Positions 1-8,680 of a stretch of 64,000 bases of DNA are shown in pieces (position 1 is the stretch's first letter; every line of letters begins with the position of its first letter). Under the pieces are notes generated by a model that was not told the DNA's origin, made no database searches, and saw only the letters and a list, made by a program, of their open reading frames with translations. The position numbers were made by a program, and so were the translations under genes. The stretch is from Candidatus Latescibacterota bacterium (lineage in GTDB: Bacteria; Latescibacterota; UBA2968; UBA8231), in contig OZ244561.1 in NCBI GenBank assembly GCA_965217585.1, forward strand, positions 480,001 through 544,000, given 5' to 3'.

Positions 1-472
1 CAGTTCCGTTGCGCCGTCTCCACTCTTCGTGGCTCAACTCGGTGAAATTGGCGAATTGTCCACCTGAGTGGTCCGCGTCGATAAACAATTCCATCGCGTC
101 GTCTTTCCAAATCACCGTAGCACTACCGGCGGGACGGTCAATCTGGTGTATATCATCGCGAACCTGAGCAGCGATGTAGAGCCTGTTTACCGCTTTATTC
201 CACCCTACCATGAGACGAGCAGAAAAATCGCCCGAACCGATCGCCTCAACTTCTGGACTAATCAGGTCGTGAAATTGACCCGTTAATATGGCGTAAGAGT
301 CGCCTACAACTTCCCAATCTCTCAATTCTCCGTCAATGACGGGAACTAAGTGATCGGGAAACTGAAAAGCTCTGTAGGCCATTCCTTCGGGGTAATGACC
401 CAAAACCGGTTTAGCCGAGCCTACTGTTATCTGTAGCACCAGAGCTAAAAAAAATAAACGCGACCACAGCAC
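1..472 (-). CDS. Secreted CBM9/DOMON-like (sugar-binding) protein, 5' part; runs off the window edge and is absent from the ORF track
   Basis: Manual translation: MLWSRLFFLALVLQITVGSAKPVLGHYPEG...PVIDGELRDW...ARLMVGWNKAVNRLYIAAQVRDD...IWKDDAMELFIDADHSGG. It has a signal peptide and CBM9-like IDG.L.DW / LY...V.DD / D..E.F.D motifs, and resembles 31547..32455. GTG at 472 is the preferred start (alternatives TTG 481 or 514). Confidence 0.8.
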   Translation of the reverse strand, partial: MLWSRLFFLALVLQITVGSAKPVLGHYPEGMAYRAFQFPDHLVPVIDGELRDWEVVGDSYAILTGQFHDLISPEVEAIGSGDFSARLMVGWNKAVNRLYIAAQVRDDIHQIDRPAGSATVIWKDDAMELFIDADHSGGQFANFTELSHEEWRRRNGT

Positions 473-529
473 CTCGGCCAACGCCTTCTTATTCGTTGTT
501 TTAACGTCTTTCAATTACTATCGGGCTGT

Positions 530-558
530 ATGATAATCAATGGCCTAAGACGTGTCAA
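530..558 (-). promoter_or_regulatory. Sigma70-type promoter for the leftward gene
   Basis: Minus strand reads TTGACA-17 bp-TATCAT. Confidence 0.7.
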
Positions 559-656
559 GATATATTAGAGACAGCCATAAAAATAATGGGCCTATAACGG
601 ACAAAATCAATAAATAACAATAAGTTAGGGTTATTTAATCCCCTTGTAAATCATTG

Positions 657-669
657 CCCCCCCCCCCCC
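657..669. repeat. Poly-C homopolymer (C13) between divergent promoters
   Basis: tg-ccccccccccccc-a in an otherwise AT-rich intergenic region. Confidence 0.9.
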
Positions 670-755
670 ATCTGTGCCTCGACTTCACTGATTATCTGAG
701 CGATTGACGACAAAGGCCCCTCTTTTTTCGCGCTCGGCGACCCGATCTGACTATC

Positions 756-784
756 TTGAGATGTTCACCGATATACTATATTAT
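756..784 (+). promoter_or_regulatory. Sigma70-type promoter, copy 1
   Basis: TTGAGA-17 bp-TATTAT. Confidence 0.6.
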
Positions 785-933
785 ATAGCAAATTATATAG
801 CAATGTCGACCAAGATACAAGATTAGCCCGGTCGGTGCGGACTGGGCTGGAGCGTGCAACCGCCGTCGGCGTCCTTGCTCTGCTTGTCGCAGGCAGAGGG
901 CCAAGGGCTTACATTCTTGCGCGGAGGTATTCG

Positions 934-3588
934 ATGATCAGGTTGTTGGTAGCGGCGCTCGGCGTCGCGTTCGTACTCTGCAACGGCTATGCCGAAGTCA
1001 AGCGGTGGCGGATAGGCGACGATGTGCATCCTTGGACTCTGCGGCCTGTCACCGGTCGCCTCGACCTAGGCCGTAGCTGGGCTGTTGAGTTGATCGCCGA
1101 CGACGATGGCGACGGACTCATCGACGAAGACTCGGTCGAGCTAATCGACAACGATGACGACGGCGAGCTCAACGAAGACCCAGCCGACGAGCAAGTTGAC
1201 AACGACGACGACGGTCAGCTCAACGAGGACCCAGCTAATAGAAGCGATGACGATGGCGACGGACTCATCGACGAAGACCCACCGGAATTTTTCGACAACG
1301 ATCTCGACGGGCTCATCGACGAGGACGGGCCGGATCCTCAGTTCGACAACGACGGCGATGGGCGGCTCAACGAGGACGGGTTGTACACTCCCTTTGACGA
1401 CGATTGGGACGGCCAGCTCAATGAGGACCCAGTCAACGGAATCGACGATGATCAAGACGGACTCATCGACGAAGACCCACCGCTGCCCGAGCACGGCCAA
1501 GGCGTGACCACCTGGCTTCGGCCAGTGCGTCTGGACAGTCTGCGCAACCTCGCCTACCTGCTCAACCAGCGCTTCAAGGCTGGCGAGTTCGGCGGCATCA
1601 TCCCCGGCAAGGATCCCCAGCGTCCCTTTATGGTGGTGCCGAGCGAATATGGCTTTCGCCGTGAGATCGCCGACCCGATTTCGGCCGACTACTGGGCGAC
1701 CGCGCAGGTAATCGGTCGCGTCGACGCGGAAAAGTCGGTCGACGGCAACCTGCGCACGGAATACGGCTCCGCCCTTTACGGCCGCGGCGGCGTCGGCATC
1801 AACCTAATGGGTTACTACTATCTCAACCGCATCGTCTTCCGCCCGCGGCCGACCTTGCCCGCCAGCACTATTGCCAACTACTTCATCCGCTACGGCGACC
1901 AAACCACGATCGACAGCCGCTCCGAAACCATTCAAGCGCGCAGAACACTAGTCCCCGTTACCAACGGCCAGTTCAACCCGGTAGTCAAGGATATCCGATT
2001 CGATCGGCCCTTTGTCGCCGGCCGCCTCGATGTAGTCTCGACGGATCCCAAGGGCACCTATGTCGAGACTGCCGAAGCTGGCTATTTTGGCGACGGCTAC
2101 GCCATCGACGGGCTGTACACCTCGGCCATCATTGATGTGGGCACGCCCACCCCGCGCATCCGTCGCTACGACCGCGAGATCGAGCAATTCGCCGGCTCGC
2201 AGCGCGATGCCTATGAAAGCCAATTTCTCCTCGATATGGCCGGCGACCAAGTCAACTGGGGCAAGGTACGCTGGCGCGGGCGCCGTGATAGCCGCGACGG
2301 CGACGTCCGCATCCAGTTCCGCGTTGGTAACACCCTCGACACCCACATCTACGCCCGCCGCTTGGGGCCGGGGCTGTCGGACACCCAAGATGAAGACGGC
2401 AATCCCCTCGATATGTTTTCTTGGATCAAGCTCCCCGAAGGCCGCATCCCCGAGCGCGAACTGCAATACAACGAACTGGGCATCGACTTGGGCAACGACG
2501 GCCCCTTGGGCTGGAGCTTCTGGTCGGCACCTTTCAAGCTCGAAGACGCCCTCATCGACGAGAATTTGCCCGAATCCGAGTGGCACAACGCCGGCGTCCA
2601 GCTTCCCCTACCCGGAGGAACTCGCTACATCCAGTTCCGCATCTTCTTCGACTCCGCCCAGCACAGCGCGGCCCTGTTGGACTTCATCGAGTTCGACTAC
2701 GACGCGCCGCTGGTCTCGGGTGGGATCGTCGCCGAAATTTTCCCCCCGCGCGTCTCCTTGGGCGAGGAGACGACTTTCCGCTATTTTGTCCGGCCATTCT
2801 TCAAAACGGGCGAGGCTACCTCCTTCAACCGGATCGAGATCGCCGTGCCCAGCGCGGATACGCGCATCGACACCTTGCGCTTCGACGGCCAAGACTGGAC
2901 CGAAATCGCCGATGGCACGACCGCCGATCCCCTGCGCGACGTCCATCCCCTCCGCCTCGCCCCGGTACAGGGCCGCGCCGATAGCTTGGGGCAATTTGCC
3001 CAGAGCGTAGTCAAGGATCCGCTCACTGGCTCGGCCAAACTGCACATCAAGCTACCCCTGATGGGTGCCGAGCACTTCCAATTCGACCAGAATATCGAGA
3101 TCGTCTTTCGCTCCAAGCTGTTCCGTGGCTCAGAAGAGTTCACCAGCTCAGTGTGGAATGACCAAGGCGACCCCGGCGTCGAATCCATCCCGCAACCAGC
3201 CGAGGATGGGGACGCCACACCCGACATAGCCACCAATGCCCTCCTCGTGGTCGCCGACGAGATCAACCAAATCGTTAAGAGCCCCCACATCGACCCAAAC
3301 CCCTTTACCCCCAACGGCGATGGCATCAACGACGAAATCACTTTTTCCTTTGACCTTTTCCTCGTCCTCGGTCAGGTCGATGTCCAAGTCGAAATCTACG
3401 ATCTGTCCGGCCGCCGCATCGCCCAGATTCAGACAGACGGCTCGACCGCAGGCAGCCTCCAAGTCAAGTGGGATGGCCGCGATAGCCAAGGCCAAGTCGC
3501 CCCCCCGGGCATCTATCTCTATCGACTGGCCATTGATTTAGACAACACCGCCACGGAGCGCTCGGGGACCCTATCGCTGGCCTATTGA
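934..3588 (+). CDS. Secreted 884 aa protein with 8 acidic Ca-binding-like repeats and a C-terminal FlgD-Ig / T9SS type-B-like CTD (copy 1)
   Basis: GGAGG RBS before ATG 934; signal peptide; D.DxDGxxxEDP repeats; C-terminus PNPFTPNGDGIND...IYDLSGR...WDGRDSQGQVAPPGIYLY...SLAY. Confidence 0.9.
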   Translation: MIRLLVAALGVAFVLCNGYAEVKRWRIGDDVHPWTLRPVTGRLDLGRSWAVELIADDDGDGLIDEDSVELIDNDDDGELNEDPADEQVDNDDDGQLNEDPANRSDDDGDGLIDEDPPEFFDNDLDGLIDEDGPDPQFDNDGDGRLNEDGLYTPFDDDWDGQLNEDPVNGIDDDQDGLIDEDPPLPEHGQGVTTWLRPVRLDSLRNLAYLLNQRFKAGEFGGIIPGKDPQRPFMVVPSEYGFRREIADPISADYWATAQVIGRVDAEKSVDGNLRTEYGSALYGRGGVGINLMGYYYLNRIVFRPRPTLPASTIANYFIRYGDQTTIDSRSETIQARRTLVPVTNGQFNPVVKDIRFDRPFVAGRLDVVSTDPKGTYVETAEAGYFGDGYAIDGLYTSAIIDVGTPTPRIRRYDREIEQFAGSQRDAYESQFLLDMAGDQVNWGKVRWRGRRDSRDGDVRIQFRVGNTLDTHIYARRLGPGLSDTQDEDGNPLDMFSWIKLPEGRIPERELQYNELGIDLGNDGPLGWSFWSAPFKLEDALIDENLPESEWHNAGVQLPLPGGTRYIQFRIFFDSAQHSAALLDFIEFDYDAPLVSGGIVAEIFPPRVSLGEETTFRYFVRPFFKTGEATSFNRIEIAVPSADTRIDTLRFDGQDWTEIADGTTADPLRDVHPLRLAPVQGRADSLGQFAQSVVKDPLTGSAKLHIKLPLMGAEHFQFDQNIEIVFRSKLFRGSEEFTSSVWNDQGDPGVESIPQPAEDGDATPDIATNALLVVADEINQIVKSPHIDPNPFTPNGDGINDEITFSFDLFLVLGQVDVQVEIYDLSGRRIAQIQTDGSTAGSLQVKWDGRDSQGQVAPPGIYLYRLAIDLDNTATERSGTLSLAY
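1099..1479 (+). repeat. Intragenic array of 8 x 16-17 aa D(D/N)DxDGx(I/L)(D/N)ED(P/G) repeats
   Basis: gacgacgatggcgacggactcatcgacgaagac-type units; the same array recurs at 3991-4371. Confidence 0.9.
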
Positions 3589-3600
3589 CCAAAATGCGCA

Positions 3601-3645
3601 CCTTTGTCCGAGCCTTCGGAACCGGGCAAAGGCCCCTCTTTTTTT
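3601..3645 (+). terminator. Hairpin plus T-tract, possible intrinsic terminator formed at the duplication junction
   Basis: cctttgtccg...cgggcaaagg followed by cccctcttttttt. Confidence 0.5.
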
Positions 3646-3671
3646 AGCCTCGTCGACCCGATCTGACTATC

Positions 3672-3700
3672 TTGAGATGTTCACCCATATACTATATAAT
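3672..3700 (+). promoter_or_regulatory. Sigma70-type promoter, copy 2
   Basis: TTGAGA-17 bp-TATAAT. Confidence 0.7.
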
Positions 3701-3825
3701 AGGACAGCAAAACGTCCGTAATTAGCCTAGCCGGTGCAGACAATGGAGCGCGCAACTGCCGTCGGCGTCTTTGTTATGCTCGTCGCAGACAGTCAAGGGC
3801 TTACACTCTTGCGCGGAGGTATTCG

Positions 3826-6480
3826 ATGATGAGGTTGTTGGTAGCGGTACTCGGCGTCGCGTTTGTACTCTGCAACGGCTATGCCGAAGTCAAGCGGTGG
3901 CGGATAGGCGACGATGTGCATCCTTGGACTCTGCGGCCTGTCACCGGTCGCCTCGACCTAGGCCGTAGCTGGGCCGTCGAGTTGATCGCCGATGACGATG
4001 GCGACGGACTCATCGACGAAGACCCGGTCGAGCTAATCGACAACGACGACGACGGCCAACTCAACGAAGACCCAGCCGACGAGCAAGTTGACAACGACGA
4101 CGACGGTCAGCTCAACGAGGACCCAGCTAATAGAAGCGATGACGATGGCGACGGACTCATCGACGAAGACCCACCGGAATTTTTCGACAACGATCTCGAC
4201 GGGCTCATCGACGAGGACGGGCCGGATCCTCAGTTCGACAATGACGGCGATGGGCTACTCAACGAGGATGGGTTGTACACTCCCTTTGACGACGATTGGG
4301 ACGGCCAGCTTAATGAGGACCCAGCCAACGGAATCGACGATGATCAAGACGGACTCATTGATGAAGACCCGCCGCTGCCCGAGCACGGCCAAGGCGTGAC
4401 CACCTGGCTTCGGCCAGTGCGTCTGGACAGTCTGCGCAACCTCGCCTACCTGCTCAACCAGCGCTTCAAGGCTGGCGAGTTCGGCGGCATCATCCCCGGC
4501 AAGGATCCCCAGCGTCCCTTTATGGTGGTGCCGAGCGAATATGGCTTTCGCCGTGAGATCGCCGACCCGATTTCGGCCGACTACTGGGCGACCATGCAGG
4601 TAATCGGTCGCGTCGACGCGGAAAAGTCGGTCGACGGCAACCTGCGCACGGAATACGGCTCCGCCCTTTACGGCCGCGGCGGCGTCGGCATCAACCTAAT
4701 GGGTTACTACTATCTCAACCGCATCGTCTTCCGCCCGCGGCCGACCTTGCCCGCCAGCACTATTGCCAACTACTTCATCCGCTACGGCGACCAAACCACG
4801 ATCGACAGCCGCTCCGAAACCATTCAAGCGCGCAGAACACTAGTCCCCGTTACCAACGGCCAGTTCAACCCGGTAGTCAAGGATATCCGATTCGATCGGC
4901 CCTTTGTCGCCGGCCGCCTCGATGTAGTCTCGACGGATCCCAAGGGCACCTATGTCGAGACTGCCGAAGCTGGCTATTTTGGCGACGGCTACGCCATCGA
5001 CGGGCTGTACACCTCGGCCATCATTGATGTGGGCACGTCCACCCCGCGCATCCGTCGCTACGACCGCGAGATCGAGCAATTCGCCGGCTCGCAGCGCGAT
5101 GCCTATGAAAGCCAATTTCTCCTCGATATGGCCGGCGACCAAGTCAACTGGGGCAAGGTACGCTGGCGCGGGCGCCGTGATAGCCGCGACGGCGACGTCC
5201 GCATCCAGTTCCGCGTTGGTAACACCCTCGACACCCACATCTACGCCCGCCGCTTGGGGCCGGGGCTGTCGGACACCCAAGATGAAGACGGCAATCCCCT
5301 CGATATGTTTTCTTGGATCAAGCTCCCCGAAGGCCGCATCCCCGAGCGCGAACTGCAATACAACGAACTGGGCATCGACTTGGGCAACGACGGCCCCTTG
5401 GGCTGGAGCTTCTGGTCGGCACCTTTCAAGCTCGAAGACGCCCTCATCGACGAGAATTTGCCCGAATCCGAGTGGCACAACGCCGGCGTCCAGCTTCCCC
5501 TACCCGGAGGAACTCGCTACATCCAGTTCCGCATCTTCTTCGACTCCGCCCAGCACAGCGCGGCCCTGTTGGACTTCATCGAGTTCGACTACGACGCGCC
5601 GCTGGTCTCGGGTGGGATCGTCGCCGAAATTTTCCCCCCGCGCGTCTCCTTGGGCGAGGAGACGACTTTCCGCTATTTTGTCCGGCCATTCTTCAAAACG
5701 GGCGAGGCTACCTCCTTCAACCGGATCGAGATCGCCGTGCCCAGCACGGATACACGCATCGACACCTTGCGCTTCGACGGCCAAGACTGGGCCGAAATCG
5801 CCGATGGCACGACCGCCGATCCTCTCCGCGACGTCCATCCCATCCGCCTCGCCCCGGTACAGGGCCGCGCCGATAGCTTGGGGCAATTTGCCCAGAGCGT
5901 AGTCACAGATCCGCTCACCGGCTCGGCCAAACTGCACATCAAGCTACCTTTGATGGGTGCCGAGCACTTCCAATTCGACCAGAACATCGAGATCGTCTTT
6001 CGATCCAAGCTGTTCCGTGGCTCAGAAGAGTTCACCAGCTCGGTGTGGAATGACCAAGGCGACCCCGGCGTCGAATCCATTCCGCAACCGGCCGAGGATG
6101 GGGACGCCACACCCGACATAGCCACCAATGCCCTCCTCGTGGTCGCCGACGAGATCGACCAAATCGTCAAGGCCCCCCACATCGCCCCAAACCCCTTTAC
6201 CCCCAACGGCGATGGCATCAACGACAAAGTCACCTTTTCCTTCGACCTTTTCCTCGTCCTCGGTCAGGTCGATGTCCAAGTCGAAATCTACGATCTGTCC
6301 GGCCGCCGCATCGCCCAGATTCAGACAGACGGCTCGACCGCAGGTAGCCTCCAAGTCAAGTGGGATGGCCGCGATAGCCAAGGCCAAGTCGCCCCCCCGG
6401 GCATCTATCTCTATCGACTCGCCATCGACTTGGACAACACCGCCACGGAGCGCTCGGGGACCCTATCGCTGGCCTATTGA
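3826..6480 (+). CDS. Secreted 884 aa acidic-repeat / FlgD-Ig CTD protein (copy 2)
   Basis: About 17 aa differences from 934..3588 by manual comparison; GGAGG RBS. Confidence 0.9.
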   Translation: MMRLLVAVLGVAFVLCNGYAEVKRWRIGDDVHPWTLRPVTGRLDLGRSWAVELIADDDGDGLIDEDPVELIDNDDDGQLNEDPADEQVDNDDDGQLNEDPANRSDDDGDGLIDEDPPEFFDNDLDGLIDEDGPDPQFDNDGDGLLNEDGLYTPFDDDWDGQLNEDPANGIDDDQDGLIDEDPPLPEHGQGVTTWLRPVRLDSLRNLAYLLNQRFKAGEFGGIIPGKDPQRPFMVVPSEYGFRREIADPISADYWATMQVIGRVDAEKSVDGNLRTEYGSALYGRGGVGINLMGYYYLNRIVFRPRPTLPASTIANYFIRYGDQTTIDSRSETIQARRTLVPVTNGQFNPVVKDIRFDRPFVAGRLDVVSTDPKGTYVETAEAGYFGDGYAIDGLYTSAIIDVGTSTPRIRRYDREIEQFAGSQRDAYESQFLLDMAGDQVNWGKVRWRGRRDSRDGDVRIQFRVGNTLDTHIYARRLGPGLSDTQDEDGNPLDMFSWIKLPEGRIPERELQYNELGIDLGNDGPLGWSFWSAPFKLEDALIDENLPESEWHNAGVQLPLPGGTRYIQFRIFFDSAQHSAALLDFIEFDYDAPLVSGGIVAEIFPPRVSLGEETTFRYFVRPFFKTGEATSFNRIEIAVPSTDTRIDTLRFDGQDWAEIADGTTADPLRDVHPIRLAPVQGRADSLGQFAQSVVTDPLTGSAKLHIKLPLMGAEHFQFDQNIEIVFRSKLFRGSEEFTSSVWNDQGDPGVESIPQPAEDGDATPDIATNALLVVADEIDQIVKAPHIAPNPFTPNGDGINDKVTFSFDLFLVLGQVDVQVEIYDLSGRRIAQIQTDGSTAGSLQVKWDGRDSQGQVAPPGIYLYRLAIDLDNTATERSGTLSLAY

Positions 6481-6575
6481 CCAAAATGCGCACCTTTGTC
6501 CGAGCCTTCGGAACCGGGCAAAGTACGCCGTGAAACGCTGGCAGAATTTCCCTTCATCGGCACCATTCTAACGCC

Positions 6576-8672
6576 ATGGCGCGCAGCACCCGCTTTTTTT
6601 TGGGCGCGCTCCTGCTAGTCGCCCTCGCACTGCGGCTGGGCTATTTGTGGGAACACCGCGCCAGTCCCTTCTTCGACGCGCCCATAGTTGACGCCCAGAC
6701 CTTTCTCAACCAGGCACTGCCCCTCGCCAGCGGTCCATTCTGGGGAGGGGACGAATCGTATTGGCAACCCCCCCTGTACATCTACCTGCTGGCGTTCGTT
6801 TGCTGGCTCCTGCCAGCTTCGTACTTCGTCGGCATCCGGCTCGTACACGTGGGCCTCGGCGTCCTTTCCTGCCTATTGGTATACGCGTTGGTCCGGCACG
6901 CCTTTGGCGAGCAGATCGGCCGCATCGCCGGCGTCATGGCGGCCTTGTGCGGCTCCTTGCTCTACTTTGAGGGCGAGCTATTGGCCGTGCCGGTGGAAGT
7001 CTTCCTCAATCTCCTGCTCCTGTACGGCCTGTTGCTGGCGCGGAGACGCGATCGCGGGCGCGACTGGGTGCTGGCCGGCCTCATCGCGGGCCTTGCTGCT
7101 CTGACTCGCCCCACTATCTTGCTCTTTATCGCGGCCTTTTGCGCTTGGGCATTGTGGCACCGGCGCACATCTGCCTATCGTCCCCTGTTCTCTTTTATCG
7201 TTCCCATAACCTTGGTCATCCTGCCCGTCACCTATCGCAACTGGACCATTGAGCCGGACCTCGTCTTCATCTCCTCCAATGCCGGCGTCAACTTCTACAT
7301 CGGCAACAACGCCGACTACGAGCGCACGGTCTCGCTGCGCCCGGGCATACAGTGGGAGGCCATGATCGCAGAACCGGCGCATTCGGGACATGAGACCGCA
7401 GCCGCCCGATCGGCCTTTTTCTTGGGCAAAGCCCTCAATTACATGATCGCGCAGCCCCTCGACTATCTCGGCCTGCTCTGCAAGAAGGGATTCCTCTTTT
7501 GGAGTGGCCCAGAGACCAAGCGCAACCAAGACATATACTACGCCCGCCAACACTCGCGGATTTTGAGTCTCTTGCTCTGGGATTGGTACGTGTCGATTCC
7601 CTTCGGCCTCATCGGCCCGCTGAGCTTGCTCGGCTTGGGGCTGAGCATGAGGGGGGAGTGGACTCAGCCGGTTGCTTTGCTGCGACTCTACGCTCTCGTG
7701 TACACGGCCTCGGTCGTACTCTTCTTTCCGGCGGCCCGCTACCGCATGCCGGTCGTGCCGGTGCTGATCGCTTTTGCTGCTTTTGCCGCCTTTCAGCTCT
7801 ACCTAGGCGTGCGCCGCAGAGCCTATATCCGCACCACCCTGCTTGCTCTGCCTCTCGGATGTCTACTAGTCCTGTGCAACATCGCCGAGGCCGCGCCGAC
7901 TGCAGAGGACGCTCAGCTCTACTTCGATCTAGGCGAGGTACATCTGCGCAAGCAAGACTACGCCCGGTCTGCGCGTTACTCGCGCCGAGCACTGGAACTG
8001 GACCCGGAGTACAACTACGCCCGCCACAATCTGGCCGTGGCGTACTTTCACCAAGAGCGCTATGGGGAAAGCGAGCGCGAGGCCCTGCAGACCCTAGCGG
8101 AAAATCCTCGGCGCAGCGACACTCGTGTACTCCTAGGCCGAATTTACCTATCAACCAATAAGCCACAGCAGGCCGAAGCGCATCTGCGCCACGCCCTCGA
8201 ACGCGATCCAGAGTCCGGCATGGCCCATTACTACTACGGCCGCCTGCTCTACCGCCAAGGGCACTACGCCGCGGCCGCAACCCACTTGCAGCAGGCGCTT
8301 CTTTGGCAGCCACAGGACTTCTGGCTGCACTACGAACTGGGGAGGGCCTTACAGCAAGCCGGGCAAACCGAGGCCGCATTGAGCCAGTATCACCGAGCAC
8401 TGTCCGTCGAGCGACAGCCCGAAGCACTCGTCGCCATCGGTGCCCTGCACCTGATCGCCGGGCACACCGCAAAAGCACGCACCCAGTTCCTCCAAGCCTT
8501 AGAACTAGCCCCAGACAATCCAGAGGCTCACGTCAACCTCGCGCTCATCGAACTCGAAAATGGGGACCACGCCGCGGCTATTGACCGGCTGCGTCAAGTG
8601 CTAGCGAGAGGTCCCTCCCCCCACGCGCAGCGTCTGCTCGACGAAGCCCATCGCCGGCTCGAATCGCCATAG
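6576..8672 (+). CDS. GT-C fold glycosyltransferase (PMT_2/ArnT-like) fused to C-terminal TPRs
   Basis: Multi-TM N-terminus with P.VDA and YWQPPLY, ALTRP, N.GVNFYIGNN, RYRMPV; roughly 6-7 TPRs. Confidence 0.85.
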   Translation: MARSTRFFLGALLLVALALRLGYLWEHRASPFFDAPIVDAQTFLNQALPLASGPFWGGDESYWQPPLYIYLLAFVCWLLPASYFVGIRLVHVGLGVLSCLLVYALVRHAFGEQIGRIAGVMAALCGSLLYFEGELLAVPVEVFLNLLLLYGLLLARRRDRGRDWVLAGLIAGLAALTRPTILLFIAAFCAWALWHRRTSAYRPLFSFIVPITLVILPVTYRNWTIEPDLVFISSNAGVNFYIGNNADYERTVSLRPGIQWEAMIAEPAHSGHETAAARSAFFLGKALNYMIAQPLDYLGLLCKKGFLFWSGPETKRNQDIYYARQHSRILSLLLWDWYVSIPFGLIGPLSLLGLGLSMRGEWTQPVALLRLYALVYTASVVLFFPAARYRMPVVPVLIAFAAFAAFQLYLGVRRRAYIRTTLLALPLGCLLVLCNIAEAAPTAEDAQLYFDLGEVHLRKQDYARSARYSRRALELDPEYNYARHNLAVAYFHQERYGESEREALQTLAENPRRSDTRVLLGRIYLSTNKPQQAEAHLRHALERDPESGMAHYYYGRLLYRQGHYAAAATHLQQALLWQPQDFWLHYELGRALQQAGQTEAALSQYHRALSVERQPEALVAIGALHLIAGHTAKARTQFLQALELAPDNPEAHVNLALIELENGDHAAAIDRLRQVLARGPSPHAQRLLDEAHRRLESP

Positions 8673-8680
8673 GAAGTACT

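Larger units (their letters stand above)
711..3626 (+). repeat. Tandem duplication unit A, copy 1 (promoter + gene + hairpin)
   Basis: Matches 3627-6523; caaag occurs at 711, 3627 and 6519 (junction microhomology). Confidence 0.95.
3627..6523 (+). repeat. Tandem duplication unit A, copy 2
   Basis: Coding region is nearly identical to copy 1 at offset 2892; the 5' UTR has diverged with indels. Confidence 0.95.

Noticed and set aside
68-286. 72 aa plus-strand ORF
   Set aside because: It is antisense to the clearly homologous minus-strand gene at 1..472.
835-933. N-terminal extension of the 917 aa ORF (similarly at 12972, 18618, 22188, 32536, 39740, 51669, 60899, 62334)
   Set aside because: RBS position, signal peptides, gene overlaps and paralog comparison favour the downstream starts.
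1099-1479. Periodic ~50 bp repeats suggesting a CRISPR array
   Set aside because: They are in-frame coding repeats with synonymous variation, no unique spacers and no cas genes.
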